DNA from: an uncultured Clostridia bacterium
GTDB lineage: Bacteria; Bacillota; Clostridia; Christensenellales; Borkfalkiaceae
DNA: 29,326 nt
Direction: 5' to 3'
Assembly (NCBI GenBank): GCA_947177495.1
Contig: CAMWUS010000001.1
Span: forward strand, 1 to 29,326
Shown here one piece after another: positions 7,543-15,445 of the stretch. Made by a program: the position numbers and the translations under genes. The stretch's first letter is position 1, and every line of letters begins with the position of its first letter. The notes under the pieces are model-generated. The model made no database searches, was not told the DNA's origin, and worked only from the letters and a program-made list of their open reading frames with translations.

Positions 7543-7872
7543 TTAGTCTGCTTTGAAAGGAAGCAGAGCGGCAACTCTTGCGCGCTTGATGGCAACCGCA
7601 ATTTCTCTCTGGTGCCGAGCGCAGGTGCCCGTCATTCTACGGGGAAGAATTTTACCGCCTTCGCTGATGAATTTGCGAAGCTTGGCAACGTCCTTATAGT
7701 TGATTTCGGACTTTTCCTGGCAGAACAAGCAAACTTTCTTGAAGTTTGACTTTTTAAAATTCTTCTTTGCGCGGGGCTCTCTTGCCTCTTTGGCATCGCC
7801 TTCGGCAGGCGTTGCGGGAGCTTCCGCCTCGACCTCTTCTACGGTCTCTACCTCTTTGATTTCGTCTTCCAT
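7543..7872 (-). CDS. rpsR: 30S ribosomal protein S18 (Zn-binding form, acidic N-terminal extension)
   Basis: [48 protein letters not shown]; SD AAGGAG. Confidence 0.97.
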   Translation of the reverse strand: MEDEIKEVETVEEVEAEAPATPAEGDAKEAREPRAKKNFKKSNFKKVCLFCQEKSEINYKDVAKLRKFISEGGKILPRRMTGTCARHQREIAVAIKRARVAALLPFKAD

Positions 7873-7915
7873 GATGCTCTCCTTGTTGAATTAGTGTAAC
7901 GCTTTCTTTTCTGCG

Positions 7916-8350
7916 TTAGAACGGAATGTCTCCGTCGTCGTCGAACGATTCGAGCGCGGGCTTCTTCTTGGAGGGCGCGTTGCCTCTGTCGGAAGGAGCG
8001 GGTGCGTCGTAGAAATCGTCCCCTTGGTTGGCGCCGCGTTGCGTCAGGAATTCTACGTCCTGTGCGATAACGTCTACCGCGGTGCGGCGGTTCCCCTGAT
8101 TGTCTTCGTAGTTGCGAATTTGAACACTGCCCGAAACGGCAACCTTACTGCCCTTTTTGGTAAAGCGCGCGATATTTTCAGCCAAGCCGCGCCATGCGGT
8201 TACGTTGAAAAAGTCGGTCTGGCGCTCACCGTCGGAAGAAGTGTAGGAACGGTTTACCGCGATTGCGAAATGGCAAACGCTTACGCCGCCCGACGTCTCC
8301 GTGAGTTCGGGGTCACGAGTCAGATTTCCGATCAAAAACACTTTGTTCAT
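7916..8350 (-). CDS. ssb: Single-stranded DNA-binding protein
   Basis: MNKVFLIGNLTRDPEL, TDFFNVTAW, KGSKVAVSG and C-terminal acidic tip DDDGDIPF; between rpsF and rpsR. Confidence 0.98.
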   Translation of the reverse strand: MNKVFLIGNLTRDPELTETSGGVSVCHFAIAVNRSYTSSDGERQTDFFNVTAWRGLAENIARFTKKGSKVAVSGSVQIRNYEDNQGNRRTAVDVIAQDVEFLTQRGANQGDDFYDAPAPSDRGNAPSKKKPALESFDDDGDIPF

Positions 8351-8352
8351 AA

Positions 8353-8643
8353 TCAGTTCTCCTTAACTTTTGTAATTACGCGCCGCAGTACGTCGCTGGA
8401 AATGCCGGCGATACGGTCGAGCTCTTTCACCGTGTCACCATTCGCAACGAACGTAATGAGAGCAAAAAACGCATCCTGCTTGAACGCGATGGGGTAAGCG
8501 GTTTTCTTCACGCCCCATTTGTCGGTAGCTTCTACGCTGCCGCCATGGCTCGTTACGATGTCGGCATACTTTTTGAGTTCTGCCTCTCTCGCCTCTTCTT
8601 CCATGTCGCTTTTGAGCAGTATGAGCATTTCATACTTCTGCAT
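8353..8643 (-). CDS. rpsF: 30S ribosomal protein S6
   Basis: KYEMLILL, WGVKKTAYPI, ELDR..GISSDVLR; SD GGAGGTG; rpsF-ssb-rpsR operon. Confidence 0.97.
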   Translation of the reverse strand: MQKYEMLILLKSDMEEEAREAELKKYADIVTSHGGSVEATDKWGVKKTAYPIAFKQDAFFALITFVANGDTVKELDRIAGISSDVLRRVITKVKEN

Positions 8644-8650
8644 AATGTTT

Positions 8651-8691
8651 CACCTCCCGGTCTTTACGGCATACCTTTTGGGTATGCAAGG
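8651..8691 (-). promoter_or_regulatory. S6:S18 autoregulatory mRNA leader
   Basis: Minus strand CCUU-GCAUACC-caaaa-GGUAUGC-CGUAAAGACC-GGGAGGUG: a hairpin, a CCG motif and pairing of CCUU with the SD, as described for the S6:S18 leader upstream of rpsF. Confidence 0.7.
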
Positions 8692-8706
8692 TTTTTTCAT
8701 GTTTCT

Positions 8707-8735
8707 ATTTTACTATATTTCCGAAAACAAGTCAA
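8707..8735 (-). promoter_or_regulatory. sigmaA promoter of rpsF-ssb-rpsR
   Basis: TTGACT-N17-TAAAAT on the minus strand. Confidence 0.75.
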
Positions 8736-8791
8736 TGCGTTTTTCCCGTCTTTGGGAAAAATTTATGAAATTTCGCATTTTCTTTTTTTCG

Positions 8792-11737
8792 TTACGCGCC
8801 GATTCTACCTAAGAGATTGTCGATAAGGTCGATGACTTCCGCAATACTCAGCTCGTTGAGGTTTTCGAAGCTTCCGAAATGAAGCGATTGAATGTCGCGG
8901 TAGGGGGATTTGGTAATAAACCCGTGCAAGTACAAATCGCCGAGCGTGTAGGTGTTGATCATGTCGGCAGCCGTCGCAATTTTATCGCCGATATCGAGTA
9001 CGGTCGAGTGCGAATTGTCGATGACGGTAACCGAACCGTCGGTTTCCTTCTGCTCGCCGCCGAGGAGCAAGTACCACACGCCGCTCAAATAGCGGTCGAG
9101 CACTTTTTCCGTGCCGCCGCTAACAAGCACGTGCCGAAGCGTCGTTTGCTCTTCCGTGTAAACAGTGGTATACACCTGCGCGCTCGTGGGCGCATAGTAG
9201 TAAGGCGTAACGGGAATCTGCAACAAAATGTAGTTGCCCGAATCGTCTTTGCGGACGGTGTAGCTCTGTCCTGCATAGGTGATTTTCCCACTCGTGACGG
9301 GATAGCTCGTATCGCCCGCCTTATAGGAAACGATTTCGCGTTCCAAATCTACGCGCTTATTATCGTTCTTGTAGTAGAAGCCGAAGCCGTCTTCGAGCAC
9401 GGGATACTCGTCGTCGCCCGTGTGATATACATAGCCGTCGTCGCCCGCAGTCACGCTGTCGCCCGTGGGAAGCGTAACGCCGTTTCCCGTCGAGAAATCC
9501 ACCGTAAACCAACTGTATTCGGCGGTAAGCGCAAGCTTGTGTTCCATCGTGTAGCCGCCGTTCTTGTGGGAAACTTTCTTAGCGTCGGCAAGCGTGTAAC
9601 TGCCGCCGTCTTGGAGGAAGTAACCAAGCTCCAAGCGCGTGGGATTCGCGTTGTTCGCTTCCGTGGTCGGTACGCGGTAACTCTCGATGCTTTCGCCCGC
9701 GGCGGGTTTTACCGCATGGGGAACGACTTCGGAAAGATCCTTAAACTTTTTGTTCTTTTCGTATGCGGCAATAAGCTCCGCATAGGTGCCCGTAGCGATC
9801 ACGCCGATGTCGTCGCTCGTATGCGAAGCCTTCGCCGCCTCGTAGCTCGCCTTGGTAGCCGCTACGTCGAGGTAGGAGTAAATTTCTTCGCCGAACACGT
9901 CCGCAACGGACAGGTTTTGTACGTCGGAAGAAAGGGTATTCAGCGTACTCATTTTAAGGTTGCGCAAAATCTTGTTGTTCGTCAAATCGTCTTCGGAAAG
10001 AATGTCGCTCAGCCGCAACGAATTTACGGTATCGCCTAACTCCCCAAGGGGTGCGTCTTTGAGAGATTGCAACAAGAGGGGAGAGCTCGCGTCTATCGTG
10101 ATAACGTCGGCAATGGTAAGCGAGTCGATTTTTTCCTGCTTATTGAGGTCGCGAATGCGCCACTGACCAATCGCGTTCAAAAGAGCGGAGGGGCTGTCGC
10201 CGAGGTTGATGACCTGCGAAATTTTCAGCCGCTCGATGCGGTGCTGTTCTTGCAGCTCTTTGAGCGACCAACCGGAAATTGCGCCCATCAGCCCTTTCTC
10301 GTCGCCCGTCATGTCGAACACGTCGCCCACGATGAGCGATTCGATTTTCGCCTGATCGTGCAGCTCGTCCACCGTCCAATCCTTCATCGCCTGCATCATG
10401 CCAGAAGAGCCGCTGTCGATGTTCGTGAGGTCTCTCAGCCGCGCGCCGCCCAACAGGTCGACGTCTTCGTCGGTGAGCGTTTTCACCGTGCGCTTTTCAA
10501 GTCCCTCGCGCATGGTCACTTCGCCCGTTTCGGGGTCTACGGTGTAATTGGCATTTCCGTCATCGTCGAATTCCGTACCGTATGCAAGGTAGCGGATCGC
10601 CGCATTCGTGTTGCCGTCTACGCCGAGCAGGGTTTCGACTTCCACTCCCTGAATAATGTCCGTTCCGTTCGAAATCAAATCGCCGAGCTTGTATTTGTTG
10701 CCCTCCCTGTCATAGAGGAGCGCGTTCATGACGGGGTCGATTTCGCCGTCCTCTTTGGGGAACACGTCGGCAAGGGCAATGCCCTCGAAGAACTCTTTCG
10801 GTCCTTCCATAATTTCGCCGAGCGTCACTTTGGTGTCGTCGTCATGGTAGCAGAGTGCGTGCATCAAAGCGTCGTCGGTTGAAAACGCTTCCACGATGTC
10901 TGCAAGCGCGATCGCCTTTACCACGTCGTCTTTCAAGTACTCGCCGAGATTGGCGAATTTAACTTCCATAAGCGCAGCCGCGTCGATGGTGATACCGAGT
11001 TCGGCAAGTTCGCCCAAGTAGTTGGGAAGTTGATCTTCCACGATGGGGGTGTATTTGGCGAGCGTTCCGAGCGAAAATTCGTTGAAGCTGCCGAGCAGCT
11101 CGATTTCCGCACGCACCTCGTCTACAAGCTGTAAGAGCGACATTTCCTGCGCCGATTCCGTAAGGAACGCGTCCGCGTCTATGCCCGTCATGTTCATCAC
11201 GTTTTTCAGCTTGGTCTGCGTGCCCGCAATATAGATGCCGCCTATAATTCCGCCCAGCGCCATAAAGATGCCGAAGAAGAACGTGAGGCAAATCGCCAAA
11301 ATGCGCCCGAAGGTGTGGTGGGGCTTATAGTGAATGCGCGGCGCGATTTTTCCTTCTTTTACGAGCTTCTTTTCGTACTCGTATTGCCGCTTTTCAAGCT
11401 CCTTTTGCTCCTTGCGCGATAGGTGTTTTTTCTCCTCGGGAGGAACGCCCTGCATTTCGTCTTCGGGGCTTGCGCCATGCTCGCCGTTTTCGTGCTCGGC
11501 GTTTTCTGCGTGCTCACCGTCATGTTCGTCGTCATGGTCGTGGTGATCCTTATGGCGTTTTTCCTCGTCGTCCTCGTCGTAATCGGAATTGTCGTAGTCG
11601 AAAGGATTGGCGTAATTGCCGTAGGGGTTGCCGTATCCGTAGGGAGAACCGCCGTAACCGTAGCCCTGGCCGTAGCCTTGCCCGTAGCCGTTCTGCCCGC
11701 CGTGCGGGCGGCGTCCGTCTTTATCGTCGTATGCCAT
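8792..11737 (-). CDS. Large hypothetical single-pass membrane protein with low-complexity N-terminus and helical repeats
   Basis: 981-aa ORF with SD GGAGG and its own promoter; one hydrophobic segment (ILAICLTFFFGIFMALGGIIGGIYIAG); no family recognised. Confidence 0.85.
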   Translation of the reverse strand: MAYDDKDGRRPHGGQNGYGQGYGQGYGYGGSPYGYGNPYGNYANPFDYDNSDYDEDDEEKRHKDHHDHDDEHDGEHAENAEHENGEHGASPEDEMQGVPPEEKKHLSRKEQKELEKRQYEYEKKLVKEGKIAPRIHYKPHHTFGRILAICLTFFFGIFMALGGIIGGIYIAGTQTKLKNVMNMTGIDADAFLTESAQEMSLLQLVDEVRAEIELLGSFNEFSLGTLAKYTPIVEDQLPNYLGELAELGITIDAAALMEVKFANLGEYLKDDVVKAIALADIVEAFSTDDALMHALCYHDDDTKVTLGEIMEGPKEFFEGIALADVFPKEDGEIDPVMNALLYDREGNKYKLGDLISNGTDIIQGVEVETLLGVDGNTNAAIRYLAYGTEFDDDGNANYTVDPETGEVTMREGLEKRTVKTLTDEDVDLLGGARLRDLTNIDSGSSGMMQAMKDWTVDELHDQAKIESLIVGDVFDMTGDEKGLMGAISGWSLKELQEQHRIERLKISQVINLGDSPSALLNAIGQWRIRDLNKQEKIDSLTIADVITIDASSPLLLQSLKDAPLGELGDTVNSLRLSDILSEDDLTNNKILRNLKMSTLNTLSSDVQNLSVADVFGEEIYSYLDVAATKASYEAAKASHTSDDIGVIATGTYAELIAAYEKNKKFKDLSEVVPHAVKPAAGESIESYRVPTTEANNANPTRLELGYFLQDGGSYTLADAKKVSHKNGGYTMEHKLALTAEYSWFTVDFSTGNGVTLPTGDSVTAGDDGYVYHTGDDEYPVLEDGFGFYYKNDNKRVDLEREIVSYKAGDTSYPVTSGKITYAGQSYTVRKDDSGNYILLQIPVTPYYYAPTSAQVYTTVYTEEQTTLRHVLVSGGTEKVLDRYLSGVWYLLLGGEQKETDGSVTVIDNSHSTVLDIGDKIATAADMINTYTLGDLYLHGFITKSPYRDIQSLHFGSFENLNELSIAEVIDLIDNLLGRIGA

Positions 11738-11808
11738 TTCCGTACCTCCGTACGTTTGTTTTGTATTCGGGTTGCCCCGAATTGCCGTTTCAAATTATTT
11801 CCGATACT

Positions 11809-11837
11809 ATTATATTAGATTACGCCCGAAATAGCAA
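11809..11837 (-). promoter_or_regulatory. sigmaA promoter of the 981-aa gene
   Basis: TTGCTA-N17-TATAAT on the minus strand. Confidence 0.7.
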
Positions 11838-11863
11838 GCGTTTTTCCACTGTTTTAAATTGCC

Positions 11864-11888
11864 AAAAAACCGCCGCAAAAAGCGGCGG
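11864..11888 (-). terminator. Terminator after rmuC
   Basis: CCGCCGC-ttttt-GCGGCGG followed by T6 on the minus strand. Confidence 0.8.
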
Positions 11889-11896
11889 GGAATGGG

Positions 11897-13066
11897 TTAT
11901 TCGTCGTTATCGTCGTCGGGTGAGCCGATTGCGCGGAAGCCGTTTAATTTGCGCCCGATGGTGTTCGTGCGCTTTTCCGCGCTCTCCACGCTATCCGTCG
12001 CTTCCTGCAACTTGCGGCGCGTCTTTTCGAGCAGTTCGGAAAACTTCGCAAAATCCGCACGGAAGGAGTCGAGCATTTGCCGAAGTTCGCCCGAGCGTTT
12101 TTCGATTGCCGCGGTGCGGAAGCCCGTTTGCAGAGTGGAAAGGAGGGCGCCGAGGTTGGAGGGACCGCAGGCGAAAATGCGGCGGCGTTGCAAATAATCG
12201 GCAAGCCCCGACATGCGCACGACTTCCGCGAACAATCCCTCGGAAGGCAGGTACATGACCGCGAAATCCGTCGTCACGGGCGGGAGTATGTACTTTTTCG
12301 CAATAGAATCCGCCTGCAATTTTACGGCGCGTTCCAAGCCCTTGCGCGCCTGTTCTTCCGCTTCCTTGTCGCCCCGTTCGCTCGCTTCACATAGCCGCTC
12401 GAATTCCTCCACGGGCAGCTTGCTGTCTACGGGAAGATACACGGTGTTGCCGTCGCGCGAGGGCATTTTAATGGCAAAGTCGGCAAGGGAATTGTCGAGC
12501 GGGTTGAGCTTTACGCTGCGCTCGTATTGGTCGGGTGCGAGCATCTGTTCGAGCAGGGCGTTGAGTTGCGCTTCCCCCCAAGTGCCGCGCAATTTCACGT
12601 TGGAGAACACCCTCTTAATGTCCGCCACGTTGCCCGAAAGCGATTTCATTTCGCCCACGCTCACGTACATTTTTTCGAGACGGTCGGAGATGCGCGAGAA
12701 GCTGTCGGAAAGCTTTCCGTCGATGGAAGAGGTCAGCTTGTCGTCTACCGTGCGGCGAATGCGCTCCAAGTTTTGCGCGTTGGCGTCTACGATGTATTTC
12801 ATGTCGTCCGTCAAACGGTTTTGAATGTTGGTAAGCCGCGTTTCCGTGGAACGACTCAAATTCTCCACCGAGCGCGCGTTGAAGTCGGCAAAGCCTGTCA
12901 GCGTTTCCGTCTTCTCTTCGAGGCGGCGAATGGCTTCTCTCAGCTCGCCGTCGTCCGTATGCCTTGCGGGCGTGTTCGTGTTTTTGGATTTCGCCCACAC
13001 GAGCAGGACGAGCACCAAACAGAGGGCGGTCAAAACGATATTCGTTACGATAAGTGCAATTTCCAT
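11897..13066 (-). CDS. rmuC: DNA recombination protein RmuC family
   Basis: N-terminal TM, coiled coil, KLRGTWGE.QL..LLEQ.L, PVDSKLP (PD-(D/E)xK-like), TTDFAVMYLPSEGLFAE. Start set at ATG 13066 (MEIALIV) just after the cca stop. Confidence 0.92.
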   Translation of the reverse strand: MEIALIVTNIVLTALCLVLVLLVWAKSKNTNTPARHTDDGELREAIRRLEEKTETLTGFADFNARSVENLSRSTETRLTNIQNRLTDDMKYIVDANAQNLERIRRTVDDKLTSSIDGKLSDSFSRISDRLEKMYVSVGEMKSLSGNVADIKRVFSNVKLRGTWGEAQLNALLEQMLAPDQYERSVKLNPLDNSLADFAIKMPSRDGNTVYLPVDSKLPVEEFERLCEASERGDKEAEEQARKGLERAVKLQADSIAKKYILPPVTTDFAVMYLPSEGLFAEVVRMSGLADYLQRRRIFACGPSNLGALLSTLQTGFRTAAIEKRSGELRQMLDSFRADFAKFSELLEKTRRKLQEATDSVESAEKRTNTIGRKLNGFRAIGSPDDDNDE

Positions 13067-13076
13067 AAAAAGTACC

Positions 13077-14435
13077 TTAATCTTGTTTTCCGTAGTGTTT
13101 TTTGAGACGGGACAATAGGTGTCCGCGGTCGTTGCGTTTTCCGTTTTCCGCGCAGTAGGCAAGCAGCTCGGCGAGCGTTTCTCCCACGCGCTGCGGCGGA
13201 ATGCCTGCGGCGAGCGCGTCGTTGCCGTTTACGGCAAGCTGTTTTATCGTGAAGGGCACGCCTTCTTCGCGCATAGCGGCGTAAAGGGTTTGCCATTTTA
13301 CCACGGCGGGGGCGGGCGACAAATCGTCCTTACAGGCGGAAAAGTCCGCCTGTTTGAGCGCGAGCAGTTTGGGCAAAATTGCGTGGTATTGCACGATTTC
13401 CCGCCTGAGCTTTCCTTCCCGCATTTGCAGGTTGTAATCGCGCATGTGCAGGCGCACGAGCGTCTCCGTTTCCGTTATCAACGCTTTGGGAGATTTGAGG
13501 CGGGTGAGGATTTCGCGCGTGATTTCCGCACCCTCGTCGGCGTGCAGGAAGCTGTTGCCGTCCCGCATTTTGCACAGCGGTTTGCCCACGTCGTGCAGTA
13601 GCGCGGCAAGTCGAATTTCTTTGGGCGCGTATTTCACGCAACGCAGGGAGTGCTCCAAAACGTCGTGGTTGTGGAAGTCGCTCCGTTGCGCCATGCCCGC
13701 GCCCGCGGCAAGCTCGGGCAGAAGTACGCCGAGCACGCCCGTGTCCCGCAAGATACAAAGCCCGCGATAGGGCGCGTCGGGGAAGCCGTGTTTTTCGTCT
13801 GCGTGAAGCAGCAGCATGAGCTCGGTATAAATGCGTTCGGGTGCGATGTCGGAAAGAAGTGCGGCGTGTTCGCGCGCGCCCTCGATTGCCTCGCTATCGG
13901 GCGAAAATCCCGTTTCTGCCGCAAGGCGGGCAAGCCGCATTAAACGCAGTCCGTCCTCGCCGAAAACCTTTTTTGCGGGCGCGACGGTTCGCAAAATTTT
14001 GCGTTCGATATCGCCGCATCCGTCGAGCGGGTCGCATACCGTTTGCGTTTTAATTTCGTAGTAAATTGCGTTGGCGCAGAAGTCGCGGCGGCGGGCGTCC
14101 TTTTTAATATCGTCCGTGAACTCTATCTCCGAGGGCGTATGAATGCCGCGCACGTACTTGTCGGAACGGAAGCGGGTGAACTCATATCCTACGCCGTTTT
14201 CGTCCTCTAGCTTCACCGTGCCCGTGCGGGGGTAAACGCCCTTTACTTGCATGCCCACCCGTTCCGCCGCGGCAATCAAGTCCGCTTCGGGGGCGGCGGC
14301 GCAGATGTCGTAATCGGGTTTTTCGGCGGGCGGGAAGTCCGCGAGCGCGTCGCGAACGCTTCCCCCCACAAGGTAGAGAGGGAACGCGCATTCGCCCGCA
14401 AGGGCGGCTAATTTTTCGGGAACGGGAATTTTCAT
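13077..14435 (-). CDS. cca: Class II tRNA nucleotidyltransferase (CCA-adding type) with HD domain
   Basis: YLVGGSVRD, DYDI (DxD), RRDFCANA, EDGLRLMR, LLHDVGKP (HD). Start probably ATG 14435 (SD GGAAG); TTG 14447 is the alternative. Confidence 0.88.
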   Translation of the reverse strand: MKIPVPEKLAALAGECAFPLYLVGGSVRDALADFPPAEKPDYDICAAAPEADLIAAAERVGMQVKGVYPRTGTVKLEDENGVGYEFTRFRSDKYVRGIHTPSEIEFTDDIKKDARRRDFCANAIYYEIKTQTVCDPLDGCGDIERKILRTVAPAKKVFGEDGLRLMRLARLAAETGFSPDSEAIEGAREHAALLSDIAPERIYTELMLLLHADEKHGFPDAPYRGLCILRDTGVLGVLLPELAAGAGMAQRSDFHNHDVLEHSLRCVKYAPKEIRLAALLHDVGKPLCKMRDGNSFLHADEGAEITREILTRLKSPKALITETETLVRLHMRDYNLQMREGKLRREIVQYHAILPKLLALKQADFSACKDDLSPAPAVVKWQTLYAAMREEGVPFTIKQLAVNGNDALAAGIPPQRVGETLAELLAYCAENGKRNDRGHLLSRLKKHYGKQD

Positions 14436-14465
14436 CGCAACTTCCAAATTTTTTGTTAGAAAAAT

Positions 14466-14517
14466 AGTGTATCACATTCCGAAAAAAATTGCAATTCAAA
14501 AAAAAATAATGTATAAT
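14466..14517. promoter_or_regulatory. Divergent sigmaA promoters (cca on -, DAGK gene on +) sharing one palindromic -35 hexamer
   Basis: TTGCAA at 14489-14494 is 17 bp from TATAAT (14512-14517, +) and 17 bp from TGaTACACT (14466-14471, -). Confidence 0.65.
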
Positions 14518-14577
14518 ACAAATAATAGGGGTTATTTTACTCAGTTTAAAGGCCAAATTCGGCGCAGGGAGTTTGAC

Positions 14578-15444
14578 ATGTTAAATTTTTTGGTGAATCC
14601 GCACGCTCTTCACGGTGGGAACGCGACGCTGATCGATAAAATCGAGAAGCGGCTCAAAGAGAGCGGCGTGCAGTATCATATATTCAAATCCGAACATGAA
14701 GGCGGAATCGGCAAATATGCCCGTTCGCTTTCCGCTGCGGGGCAAACGAAATTTATTGCGGTGGGCGGCGACGGCACGCTGAACGAAATGCTCTCCAATC
14801 TCGTCGAGCCTTCCGCTTGCGAAATCGGGCTTATCCCTGCGGGAACGGGCAACGACTTTGCGGCGGCGGCAGGCATTCCCAAAGGGATCAAGGCACTTAA
14901 ATACATTCTCGAAGGGGAGAGCAGTTACGTCGATTACATCGAGTGCGGACCGGGACATAGAAGCATTAACATCGTCGGGCTCGGCATGGACGTAGATATT
15001 TTACAGCGGCGGCTCAACGCGCAAGCGGCGGGAAAGAAAATGAGTTATTATGCCGCATTGCGCGCTTCGCTCAAAGAATACAAAGGATTAAAGATCAGCG
15101 TTACCGTAAACGGCGAAACGCGGGAATGCAACACCATGATCGCGGCGGTGTGCAACGGTTCGCAGTTCGGCGGCGGACTTCGCATTTGCCCCATGGCGAA
15201 AATTACGGACGGCAAGCTTGGGCTCGTGCTCGTCGATTATCCCGAAAAGCACATTCTCCGCGAGCTGTTCGCGCTTTTGAGAGGAAAACTGTTAAAGCGC
15301 AAAATCGCGCACTATATCGAATGTACCGAAGTACACATCGTACCGGAAACGTTGCAAAGCATTCAGTACGACGGGGAAATTTATCCCTCCGGTTCGCTTC
15401 ACGCCCGCGTCATAAGCGGTAAACTCAGAATGTTCCGAGGTTAA
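14578..15444 (+). CDS. Diacylglycerol kinase family lipid kinase (DagK/YegS-like)
   Basis: FLVNP, AVGGDGTLNE, LIPAGTGNDFA, GSQFGGG, QYDGE; SD GGGAG before ATG 14578. Confidence 0.9.
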   Translation: MLNFLVNPHALHGGNATLIDKIEKRLKESGVQYHIFKSEHEGGIGKYARSLSAAGQTKFIAVGGDGTLNEMLSNLVEPSACEIGLIPAGTGNDFAAAAGIPKGIKALKYILEGESSYVDYIECGPGHRSINIVGLGMDVDILQRRLNAQAAGKKMSYYAALRASLKEYKGLKISVTVNGETRECNTMIAAVCNGSQFGGGLRICPMAKITDGKLGLVLVDYPEKHILRELFALLRGKLLKRKIAHYIECTEVHIVPETLQSIQYDGEIYPSGSLHARVISGKLRMFRG

Positions 15445-15445
15445 G

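Noticed and set aside
8879-10882. 386-aa and 271-aa + strand ORFs
   Set aside because: They are antisense shadows of the 981-aa gene, typical of GC-rich coding DNA, with no motifs.
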